A program made the translations under genes and the position numbers. From Octopus bimaculoides (lineage: Eukaryota): 46,563 bases of DNA. Where the stretch lies: contig NC_068995.1 of the NCBI RefSeq assembly GCF_001194135.2, positions 15,975,755 through 16,022,317 of the forward strand, given 5' to 3'. Under the pieces are notes generated by a model. It ran no database searches. It worked only from the letters and a program-made list of their open reading frames with translations, and was not told where the DNA came from. Shown here in pieces: positions 34,885 through 45,697 of the stretch (position 1 is its first letter; every line of letters begins with the position of its first letter).

Positions 34885-35411
34885 AATCTTTTACTTGTTT
34901 CAGTCAATAGACAGAGGCCATGCTGGGGCACCACCTTGAAGACTTTTAGTCGAACGAGCCGGCACTAGTACTCATTATGTAGTTAGACTTGCTCTTATTC
35001 TACTGGTGTCTTTTTGCCAACGGCTGATTTACAGGGACCTAAACACAACCACACACAGACACACAAACACACGCACACACGCACTGACATGTACGAACAC
35101 GCACACACGCACAGACATGCACGAACACGCACACATGCACACACACACACAGGTACACACATACAAACACACATCCACACACACATATATATATTCATTT
35201 ATTCTTTTCGGGTATGCGGCTGCGGTCATGGTGGAGGACCAGCGTGGAAAATCGAGCCCAGAGTTTATTTTTTTAAGTTTAGTACTTAATTTATTGGTCT
35301 CTTTGCCGAACCGCTAGCTAACGGAGACGTACCAACACCAGTTGTCAAATGGCGGTGGGGGACAAAGACAGTCACAAAGACACGCACACATGGATACACA
35401 TACATACACTC
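34885..35411 (-). mobile_element. Two consecutive SINE family C 3' halves with (CA)n-rich internal repeats
   Basis: ttttacttgtttcagtca...ggccatgctgg at 34890; second unit gctgcggtcatgg...ttgccgaaccgct...gggggacaaa at 35215-35411. Confidence 0.75.
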
Positions 35412-35922
35412 NNNNNNNNNNNNNNNNNNNNNNNNNNNNNNNNNNNNNNNNNNNNNNNNNNNNNNNNNNNNNNNNNNNNNNNNNNNNNNNNNNNNNNNNN
35501 NNNNNNNNNNNNNNNNNNNNNNNNNNNNNNNNNNNNNNNNNNNNNNNNNNNNNNNNNNNNNNNNNNNNNNNNNNNNNNNNNNNNNNNNNNNNNNNNNNNN
35601 NNNNNNNNNNNNNNNNNNNNNNNNNNNNNNNNNNNNNNNNNNNNNNNNNNNNNNNNNNNNNNNNNNNNNNNNNNNNNNNNNNNNNNNNNNNNNNNNNNNN
35701 NNNNNNNNNNNNNNNNNNNNNNNNNNNNNNNNNNNNNNNNNNNNNNNNNNNNNNNNNNNNNNNNNNNNNNNNNNNNNNNNNNNNNNNNNNNNNNNNNNNN
35801 NNNNNNNNNNNNNNNNNNNNNNNNNNNNNNNNNNNNNNNNNNNNNNNNNNNNNNNNNNNNNNNATATATATCACATATATATATATGTATATACATGCAT
35901 ATATATATATATGTGTGTGTGT

Positions 35923-35954
<32 letters not shown>

Positions 35955-36028
35955 TCGTGTGTGTGTATGTGAGTGTATAGTGTGTATATTTATCACATTG
36001 GGCGATCGGTTTTTTTAACTATTCATAC

Positions 36029-36159
36029 TGCATTTGCATGCACGTGGAGCTGAATGTTCCTGGAACCCCTGCATCTGTGCCATAATATTCACGGTGGAAG
36101 GGGAGAATCTGCGAGTCATAGTCCGTGACAAGATTGTCATTTTGCATCACTGATCCTGG
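36029..36159 (-). CDS. Candidate exon, phase 0/2 (PGSVMQNDNLVTDYDSQILPFHREYYGTDAGVPGTFSSTCMQM)
   Basis: Open frame bounded by tgtag| and ca|gtatga; GC-richer unique sequence; in frame with 36298-36403. Confidence 0.3.
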
Positions 36160-36297
36160 CTACACACAGTTTTTGTCTGTAAGACTTGAGTCAACTCATG
36201 TATTCTAGATCACAATTTCCTGAGGTGTCACACTGTTGCTTTGAAGAAGGAAACCTTTTATCATTTGCACATGCAAATGGTAATTTACGATCCTTAC

Positions 36298-36403
36298 TTT
36301 GTTCCCTATGTAGCATACGCTTTCGATGACATTTCTGTAGTGTTCTCGACTCTGCAGTCTCTTGTCTACTTCCTGGAGGAAAGCTTTCCTCTCCAATGTT
36401 ATG
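36298..36403 (-). CDS. Candidate exon, phase 2/0 (ITLERKAFLQEVDKRLQSREHYRNVIESVCYIGNK)
   Basis: Donor aaa|gtaagg; the three in-frame stops between this and the next candidate all fall in the inferred 138-nt intron; weak acceptor. Confidence 0.3.
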
Positions 36404-36536
36404 CTGGCTTTGAGATATCATTGATGATTCTATAAATTAGCTTTTTTACTTCGCGGTAATGTTGATCCTATGAAAATCTATTCTAACCCCTGGAAAAAGA
36501 TGGTCCATATTAGTCTGGCCTCAATCCTTTTTTTAC

Positions 36537-36604
36537 TCTAGGCACAAACTCCGACATTTTGGGGGAGGGAGCCAGTTGATTAGTTTGACCCCAGTACCCA
36601 ACTA
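36537..36604 (-). mobile_element. SINE family B 3' fragment
   Basis: ggcacaaactcc...ttttgggggagggag...gattagtttgaccccagtac. Confidence 0.6.
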
Positions 36605-36678
36605 CTGGACCTTGCGATGGAGTAACTTGTCATAACATACACACACATACACACACACATATACATGAATATTAATGC

Positions 36679-36714
<36 letters not shown>

Positions 36715-37494
36715 NNNNNNNNNNNNNNNNNNNNNNNNNNNNNNNNNNNNNNNNNNNNNNNNNNNNNNNNNNNNNNNNNNNNNNNNNNNNNNNNNNNNNN
36801 NNNNNNNNNNNNNNNNNNNNNNNNNNNNNNNNNNNNNNNNNNNNNNNNNNNNNNNNNNNNNNNNNNNNNNNNNNNNNNNNNNNNNNNNNNNNNNNNNNNN
36901 NNNNNNNNNNNNNNNNNNNNNNNNNNNNNNNNNNNNNNNNNNNNNNNNNNNNNNNNNNNNNNNNNNNNNNNNNNNNNNNNNNNNNNNNNNNNNNNNNNNN
37001 NNNNNNNNNNNNNNNNNNNNNNNNNNNNNNNNNNNNNNNNNNNNNNNNNNNNNNNNNNNNNNNNNNNNNNNNNNNNNNNNNNNNNNNNNNNNNNNNNNNN
37101 NNNNNNNNNNNNNNNNNNNNNNNNNNNNNNNNNNNNNNNNNNNNNNNNNNNNNNNNNNNNNNNNNNNNNNNNNNNNNNNNNNNNNNNNNNNNNNNNNNNN
37201 NNNNNNNNNNNNNNNNNNNNNNNNNNNNNNNNNNNNNNNNNNNNNNNNNNNNNNNNNNNNNNNNNNNNNNNNNNNNNNNNNNNNNNNNNNNNNNNNNNNN
37301 NNNNNNNNNNNNNNNNNNNNNNNNNNNNNNNNNNNNNNNNNNNNNNNNNNNNNNNNNNNNNNNNNNNNNNNNNNNNNNNNNNNNNNNNNNNNNNNNNNNN
37401 NNNNNNNNNNNNNNNNNNNNNNNNNNNNNNNNNNNNNNNNNNNNNNNNNNNNNNNNNNNNNNNNNATATATATATATATATATATATATATATC

Positions 37495-37845
37495 ATTCCA
37501 CTCCGTCGGTTACGACGACGAGTGTTCCAGTTGATTCGATCAACGAAACAGCCTGCTCGTGAAATAAACGTGCAAGTGGCTGAGCACTTCACACACACAT
37601 GTACCGTTAACGTAGTTCTCGGGGAGATTCAGCGTGACACAGAGTGTGACAAAGCTGGCCCTTGGCAATACAGGTACAACAGAAACAGGATGAAAGAGGG
37701 AAAGTGTACACCAGGGTTCGTCACCACCTCCTGCCGGAGAGACGTGGAGCTTTAGGTGCTTTCGCTCAATAAACACCCACAACGCCCCTTCTGAGAATTG
37801 AAACCGCGAACCGCTGCCCTAACTACTGGGCCATTGTGCCTCCAC
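37495..37845 (-). mobile_element. SINE family A (body 1 + tail T1)
   Basis: Reverse-complement homolog of 7635-8027. Confidence 0.9.
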
Positions 37846-38559
37846 TATATATATATGTATATATATATATATATAACTGAAAAATTTGAAAAAGTTTGGA
37901 GTATGTTTGGACTTTTATTTTCAATCACTATTACAGGATAGCATTGGGTAAGATCTGAAGGTGGACGAGCTTTAAACTGTACTCTACTAAGTTCTTAACA
38001 GAATATACCATAACTATGTATATATATATATATATATACATATATATACATGCAATTTATATGTATGCGCTAGCGTATTCCATTACATAGTTCCTCAGTG
38101 TTCGGTGTTCTTTTTCTCGTCAACATCCATCACTGTTGACAGAATAATCACCCAATATGGGGCAACTGATACTCGGTTTTAGGTCATTTGTGACTGTGTC
38201 GTACTTTTCCCCTGTTTGATGTAGAAGACGTTCTAAAAGTAAAAAATTTTCCCTATGTAGAGTGAGGAATTTTTTGGGACGGATCAATCGTCCATTTTAA
38301 AGACGCCTTGCAGCTTCCACTTTAATTCCTACTAGAATTACATTATGATTTATTTGGCTATTAGATATCTACTGTTTATTTTTTAAACGAAGTATCAATT
38401 TTTGATATGTAGTACAGGCTTTGAACGAAATCATTTGAAACCAGCGTGCAAGTGAAAAAAAATCTTAATGTGAAAATATTCACGAACCTAGAAATCTACC
38501 GGAAATTGAAACCAATCCTCTAACCTAATAAAACATTCTGCGGTTTTACGTTTAAAAAG

Positions 38560-38800
38560 TTCGTTCCAATGTCAAATTGTCACTCAAAATTATTAAATAG
38601 CATTAAGTATATGGGATGCATCCATCAGACTCAAGCTTGGTAACGACCTTATTTTAAACTGTTTTTTTTCCGAGTCTACACATGAGTAAGTTTGTTGAAG
38701 CAGTGAAACGACACTTTGCACGTAAATTTGCAGAAAGAGTTGAGTGATAAACAATCTATGCGTACATAAATTTGCACCTACAGATTTGCACCTTAATCAT
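38560..38800 (+). mobile_element. Possible mariner transposase C-terminal remnant
   Basis: IWD...DLILNCFFPSLH...EAVKRHF..KFAERV loosely follows GWD...DLAPSDYHLFRSLQ...EAVK.H...KFYERG; ttgcacc (TIR-like) follows. Confidence 0.35.
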
Positions 38801-39127
38801 TCATTATTCCGGATCCAATAAATTAATGCATCAATCAGGTACCCGGTTCCATTTAATCGATTATCTTTATTTCCACTTTTCCAGCACGCGAAATATTCCT
38901 AGCCTTATAACAATGTTTAACACCATTACAGTACATGGACTTTGCTCATCAGCTGAGACAGTGATTTGGTAACGAACAAATCTACGCAACCGAATGATTT
39001 CTATAGGACGCTAATATACTGACACGCACATGTACGTACGCAAGTATGTATGTATGTATGCATGTATGTATGTATGTATGTATATGTGCAGATTTATAAG
39101 TTTTGATTTATGTATGTATATTCTCAT

Positions 39128-39191
39128 GTGGAAACGCAATGACCCAATGGTTGGGGCAGTGAACTCGCAGTCATAGGATCGCGGTTTCGAT
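39128..39191 (+). mobile_element. SINE family A tRNA-like head only
   Basis: ggaaacgcaatgacccaatggttggggcagtgaactcgcagtcataggatcgcggtttcgat. Confidence 0.8.
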
Positions 39192-39366
39192 ATGTTGTAA
39201 ACTCTACATACACGACAGAATTCCTGGATTAAATCCATTGGTATTTAACTTCATACTGATCATGATGTCACGTATTCGATTACAGTGAATGGGCTTCACA
39301 CGGCATACCCAAATTTAATAATAATAATATATATATTAAATCTCTTAGCGAGGTATAAACAGTAGC

Positions 39367-39660
39367 TGCACGACAACGTGAAGTATATTTGCCACTTAAA
39401 CGTGGCTAACCCTTAAGGGTGGATGCTACTGTACCTTGTAGCCCCAGGAAGACACCACCACCTGTCTATTGACACATTTTCTGTGGCCTATCAGTATTTG
39501 CAAAGGGAAGCCATCCTTCCCATCTCCAACCTGTTTTGATATACACGGACCCGAGTTTCTGGGAATTGACTCGTCATCAGCGTGTGTACAAGCTACAGTA
39601 GCATCCATCCTTAAGGGTTAGCCACATTTAAGCGGCAAATATACTTTACGATGTCGTGCA
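39367..39660. mobile_element. 294-bp element with 67-bp terminal inverted repeats enclosing a hammerhead motif
   Basis: Arms 39367-39433 and 39594-39660 (tgcacgac..cgt.aagtatatttgcc.cttaaa.gtggctaacccttaagg.tggatgctactgta); no obvious target-site duplication. Confidence 0.85.
39543..39585 (-). ncRNA. Minimal type I hammerhead ribozyme-like motif
   Basis: Minus strand ACACG-CTGATGA-C-GAG-tcaatt-CCC-A-GAAA-CTCGGG-TC^CGTGT: 5-bp stem I, GUC triplet, weak stem II. Confidence 0.55.
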
Positions 39661-40616
39661 ATTATGCAACGTTGTCTTCGTGCAATTATGGAATATAGCG
39701 TCCTGATTCATAAGTATGTAATTCACGTTTCTTCAGAGGTGTTCATGTTGGAGTAAGAGTGACGTTCTCATCTCGATTAATGGTTTGAGATCACTCTTAG
39801 TTTTCCCATTTTGTATCTGTTCAAAATGATCGAATCTCAGTTACCTTCGTCTTTTGGATCAATTAGTTGTTTCAAGCTTTCATAGAAAACATTACACCGC
39901 CACCACATTATAACTGGAATTTTACATTAATCTTTGCTGTTATCTATTAAAATCGATAAAATCTATGGCATCTATCTCCGACGTTGGTGGCTTTGACCCA
40001 AAATTAGAAATCATAATTTCACTTCAATTGTTTTATTAACCCAACTGAACATTGATGTTAAGGGACATAACTGAAAAAAAAAACAAGAAACAAAAGACCG
40101 TTGTTGTTGTTGTCATCTAGTGTCTTCTAAATCATTAAATTTACATTTAAAATCCAATTAATGTATGGTTTGCTACCCTCATGGATTGATTTATAATTCC
40201 TTCAGAATGGAAATTACCGGGTAGAGCAATATAAGGTTGCCTGTATCTTGAGGTGGTGTGACTAGGACATACCTGACATGCTGGATTTTCTTATAGCCTT
40301 ATAATTGCAAGTTAGCTGCTGTTCTTCTGCTGTCTGATTTCGATCTGCATATGCTTACTGCCTTCTGGTGAGACGACAGCAATCGGGCAGTGGCACAGTT
40401 AGGGCTCTATCAAGTTACCGATGCATGAATGTTGCTTCCTCCGTTTATCTCTTTTGTAGCTTCAAGGTTCAAGATTCTTTTTACTGATTTATTGAAAGGT
40501 TTTCTTAATTCTAGTTTTGAAGGGAAGAGTGCTGCGTCTGTTATTTGTTGCAAAATATTACATTGTTAGCTACCATATAGGATGTGAAAACTGTTCCCGT
40601 GTAGTGGCGAAAGTAC

Positions 40617-40658
40617 CTGAATGACCCTTGATGTAAATTGATGTAAGAATCAATTATA
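40617..40658 (-). CDS. Candidate exon, phase 2/2 (IIDSYINLHQGSF(R))
   Basis: cctgctgttttag|t...cag|gtactt; single open frame; competing models exist downstream (40359-40545). Confidence 0.2.
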
Positions 40659-41267
40659 CTAAAACAGCAGGACATATAACTAAAAACATATAACAAAGAA
40701 TGATTCAAATCCAGGGTTCGGACGAGGACGTCAATGCTTTCTTCGGACCCGCACCTTATAAAAAAAATAGAAACAAAACAAGAATAAACTAAATGACTTT
40801 AACAAAGACTCTATTGTTTACAAACACTCAATAAAGATAAAGATGAAATGAGATAAAATAAAAGAACAAATAAAGAAACCATGCTGACTAGACAATATTT
40901 TCTTTACAATTTTATAATTTCACACGAGAACAAACATGTTTCACAATAGAACATTACGAATCGCTATTGTCTTCGCGTTGCGTCAGGAACGAGTGGTGTG
41001 TTGGTAGAATAGGAAGTTTTGTTTTTAAGCAGTTTATATCCTAGAAACAAAACCTGCTAAGATCTTCTTTACTTATTATAGATCCTGAGGATAGTGATAG
41101 TTGATAAAATAAGATATCAAGTATTGGAATCGATTTTTATCTCCTATATGTTTTCCCCGTAGATAAAACATTTCTATCGCAGTGTCTTTATTAGAAATCA
41201 TATTTGTCGATCCAGTGAGAAGCTTTCTTGATGATTGTTCATCCTATTGAAATAGCAGTTCAAACGG

Positions 41268-41410
41268 AGTTCAGATTCTGCCGCGGTTAACTTTGCCTTT
41301 CATCCTTCGAGGTCTATAAAATAAGCACCAGTTGAACACTGGAGTCTATGTAATCAGCATTCTCCTCCTTCGAAATCGATGGCTATATTCCAAAATTGGA
41401 AACCAATATT
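41268..41410 (+). mobile_element. SINE family B 3' part
   Basis: gagttcagattctgccgcggttaactttgcctttcatccttcgaggtctataaaataagcaccag. Confidence 0.8.
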
Positions 41411-41949
41411 TATCTCACTTGCTCAATGCCATACGAAATATCTTAATTAAAATGATGTAGTTTTGGTGAAGCATTGTGAGGTACAGCTTTAAAGAAGGTT
41501 GTTTAATAAAGCTGGAAGGTACAAAGTAAATTACAAAAGAAAAAGAAAATAGAACAGAGTTGCTGTTTTACTTTGTATTTCTATATTTCGGGGGTGAAGA
41601 TTGCTTCTTCAGGACATTTGGAAAAAGCGGTAATTGGAAAAGTTCGTTGCTCTAATGTGTGTGTGTGTAAGGGGGAGGAGGTAGGGACGGAAATAAGAAG
41701 GTGACATGCGCAGACAGGTGTAGTTTGCTTCCTGAAGTTCTTTCCTGCTGTTCATGGCCTAACTAACATTAGTCGACGCGAGAGATAGTTTTGGAAAACT
41801 CTTCAATCAGTCAGTCAGGTGTTTGACAAGCTAATCGATCAAGGAGACTGAGTGTCAGATCAGGAATGCAGGCTACTATGTATTTTTTTCTTCTGTAATT
41901 GTTGTGTCCGGGGGATAAGAGAACGGTCCTATTATTAATTTCATTATTA

Positions 41950-42540
41950 GGGCGGCTGAAAGCAACGAGCTGAAAGAATCGTTAGCCCGCAGGGCGAGAT
42001 GCTTAGCAGTATTTCGTAATTGACTTTCCGTCTCCCTCAAATATCAGGCCTTGTGCCTATAGTAGAAAATATTATTAAGGCGTCGAGCTATCGACACCGT
42101 TAGCACGTCCGTATAAAATGCTTAACGGCATTTCGTCCGTCCTTTCCTTCTGAGTTCAAATTTCGTCGACCGTGCCTTTCATCCTTCGGGGTCGATAAAT
42201 AAAGTACCAGAGAAACACTGAGGTTGATGTAATCGACTAGTCCCCTCACCACAAATTTCAAGCCTTGTGCCTTTAGTAGAAGGGGTTTTCAATTTCATTA
42301 TTTATTCTTTATTTCTCTATTTATTATTATATAAGGCTGTGAGCTAGCAGAATCGTGAGTACGCTGGACAAAATGCTTAGCGGAATTTTGTTAATCTTTA
42401 TATTCTGAGTCCAATTCCTGCCGAAGACAGCTTAGGATTTCATAATTTCGAGACTTACAGTCTAGTACTGAGGTCGATACCATCGACTTTCCCCACCATC
42501 TCAAAAACTGTTCACCTTGTTCTAAAATTTGAAACCATTA
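41950..42540 (+). mobile_element. Head-to-tail array of three SINE family B copies
   Basis: Units at about 41950-42070 (internally deleted), 42076-42280 and 42332-42540, joined by short ATT-rich linkers. Confidence 0.85.
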
Positions 42541-42659
42541 TTAAGTTCAATTTTTGAGGGTAATAATATTTTCTTAATTTTAAAATTCAGCGGTAAGAAT
42601 TATATTGAATATCAAATTAAGTTGAAAATAAATAGATCTGACCTACAGGAAATCCTTAC

Positions 42660-42696
42660 CTCCCTCTTCCTCTCTTTCTCTCTCTTTCTCTCTCTT

Positions 42697-42739
<43 letters not shown>

Positions 42740-42914
42740 CTCTGCACATATGCATACATTCATACAAATAAACATATATATATATATATATGCATACAAT
42801 TATATATATATTTATGCACACACACACCCACACACACTCACACACACACATATATATATATATAATATATATATATATTATAAATGTATATACATGTATA
42901 TATATATATATATA

Positions 42915-42990
<76 letters not shown>

Positions 42991-43020
42991 CATATATATA
43001 GAGAGAGAGAGGGGGAGAGA
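42660..43020. repeat. (CT)n, (CA)n and long (TA)n microsatellites
   Basis: Read directly from the sequence. Confidence 0.95.
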
Positions 43021-43639
43021 GACATAATGTATACGCACATACAGACACACATGCTCTCATACAAGCACGAACACATTTATATATTCATTTGAGGGGGCAA
43101 CAAAATCACAATAATATATATAGATACTCATATATGAACATATACACATATACATACGCTCACTCACTCATTCACACGCGCGCGCGCGTGTGTACCTGCA
43201 CGGATTCTTACAACCATACATAAATTCTGATTTATCTGCAAATTTTTCGTTTTGGTCTGCTTTCTAACACAATCTGCCATTTAATGAAAATGGTGTGTTT
43301 CTTTAAGTAACATTGATAATGACACGCTGGCCTTGTCATATTATGATTAGGCCTCTTTACTCTGAGTTCAAACACTGTTGAAATCACCTTTGCGTAATGC
43401 GATAAATAATATCGATTAAATTTAGTAAATATCCGCTCCCACTTCCTCTGTGACCATATACAGATGTCCCGGTTCCACTCTTGAAAGAAAACAATTCGAG
43501 GGAAGGGTGATAACTCAAGCAGAACAGCGATTGTGGTTGCTCGATCTACTTGCTATAAAAAGCAGGCAACCCACTATCAACTTATGCACTACCGTATGTT
43601 TTTGGACATAAAGTCGCAGGCATGACCATGGACGCTGGC

Positions 43640-43767
43640 ATTGCTGTTTAAGATGCTCGCTTTGCAGTCATGTGGTTTCAGGTTCAGTCCAACTCAGCAA
43701 CGACGGCTTTAGCCGACCAACATATTGTGAATGAATTTGGTAGGCGGAAACTGTGTGAAATCCCATC

Positions 43768-43805
<38 letters not shown>

Positions 43806-44822
43806 NNNNNNNNNNNNNNNNNNNNNNNNNNNNNNNNNNNNNNNNNNNNNNNNNNNNNNNNNNNNNNNNNNNNNNNNNNNNNNNNNNNNNNNNNNNNNNN
43901 NNNNNNNNNNNNNNNNNNNNNNNNNNNNNNNNNNNNNNNNNNNNNNNNNNNNNNNNNNNNNNNNNNNNNNNNNNNNNNNNNNNNNNNNNNNNNNNNNNNN
44001 NNNNNNNNNNNNNNNNNNNNNNNNNNNNNNNNNNNNNNNNNNNNNNNNNNNNNNNNNNNNNNNNNNNNNNNNNNNNNNNNNNNNNNNNNNNNNNNNNNNN
44101 NNNNNNNNNNNNNNNNNNNNNNNNNNNNNNNNNNNNNNNNNNNNNNNNNNNNNNNNNNNNNNNNNNNNNNNNNNNNNNNNNNNNNNNNNNNNNNNNNNNN
44201 NNNNNNNNNNNNNNNNNNNNNNNNNNNNNNNNNNNNNNNNNNNNNNNNNNNNNNNNNNNNNNNNNNNNNNNNNNNNNNNNNNNNNNNNNNNNNNNNNNNN
44301 NNNNNNNNNNNNNNNNNNNNNNNNNNNNNNNNNNNNNNNNNNNNNNNNNNNNNNNNNNNNNNNNNNNNNNNNNNNNNNNNNNNNNNNNNNNNNNNNNNNN
44401 NNNNNNNNNNNNNNNNNNNNNNNNNNNNNNNNNNNNNNNNNNNNNNNNNNNNNNNNNNNNNNNNNNNNNNNNNNNNNNNNNNNNNNNNNNNNNNNNNNNN
44501 NNNNNNNNNNNNNNNNNNNNNNNNNNNNNNNNNNNNNNNNNNNNNNNNNNNNNNNNNNNNNNNNNNNNNNNNNNNNNNNNNNNNNNNNNGTTTGTGTGCG
44601 CGCGTGTGTGTGTGTGTGTTTGTGTGTGTGTGTTTGTCCCCCACCATCGCTTGACAACCGATGCTGGTGTGTTTACGTCCCCGTAACTTAGCAGTTCGGC
44701 CAAAAGAGGCCGATTGAATAAGTACTAGGCTTACAAAGAATAAGTCCTGGGGTCGATTTTCTCGACTAAATGCGGTGCTCCAGCATGGCCGCAGTCAAAT
44801 GACTGAAACAAGTAAAAGAGTA
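43640..44822 (+). mobile_element. SINE family C spanning the 784-nt gap
   Basis: Head catgtggtttcaggttcagtcc...ggtaggcggaaactg...cccatcgtatata; tail tttgtcccccaccatcgcttgacaacc...gactgaaacaagtaaaagag. Confidence 0.85.
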
Positions 44823-45254
44823 ACTACCACAGCAACAGCAACAAAAACAGGCACACATACTGTAACTTCAACAACGACTGCAACAAGCAGGAACAATGAA
44901 ACAAAAAAGAATATGCAAGCAATTTCAATAAAAAACGTATAAAAGCAAAATTTCTTGATCACAGATTCGAGTTGATATTGTACTCATTGTAAAAATTAGG
45001 TTTTCCTCTTGATTTAATCGCTATTGAACTGTTAATAGATACTTAAAGAAGGAAAGAAAGGAAGAAAAGAGAGAGAGAAAGAAAGATAGAGACAGAGAAG
45101 GAGAGAGAGAGAGAGAGAGAGAGGAAGAAAGAAAGACAAAAGCACCGTTTTATGCAAAGCGACAATCTATTCATGAGATTTTGTAAACGACATATCATCT
45201 TCCAAGTGATTACTTCCTGAAAATTCATTTAAATCTGAGAGAAAATTTCTGAAA

Positions 45255-45324
45255 ACAGCAACAACAACATCAACAACAACAACGATGACGATAACGACAT
45301 GACGACGACGACGACGACGATGAC

Positions 45325-45373
<49 letters not shown>

Positions 45374-45623
45374 GTGATGATGGTGATGGTGATGGTAAGA
45401 AAGAGAGGGAAGAGGAGAAGGAGATAATTAGAATGGTGATTATGATGACGATGATGATGCTGAATAAAATGAAGAAGAATACAAAAGAAGGAAGAGACGA
45501 GGAAGAAAATAAACAGTAGTAGTAGTAGTAGTAGTTGTTGTTGTTGTTGTAACAGTAGTTGTATTAGTAGTAATAGTAGTAGTAGTAGTAGTAGTAGAAG
45601 AAGAAGATAACCATGACGACACC

Positions 45624-45697
<74 letters not shown>

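Larger units (their letters stand above)
2510..44589. other. Eleven assembly gaps: 2510-2743, 4486-4505, 13867-14094, 16106-16232, 18066-18916, 20107-20321, 20765-21353, 23460-23838, 35412-35863, 36715-37465, 43806-44589
   Basis: N runs, nearly all bordered by (TA)n or (CA)n. Confidence 0.99.

Noticed and set aside
40359-40545. Further minus-strand exon candidates (ALTVPLPDCCRLTRR; AALFPSKLELRKPFNKSVKRILNLEATKEINGGSNIHAS)
   Set aside because: They are phase-incompatible alternatives and the sequence alone cannot choose between them, so they were not listed as features.
10654-42540. CRISPR-like or prokaryotic repeat-spacer arrays
   Set aside because: The recurring motifs are SINE copies and microsatellites; there are no constant repeats with unique equal-length spacers and no cas-like ORFs.
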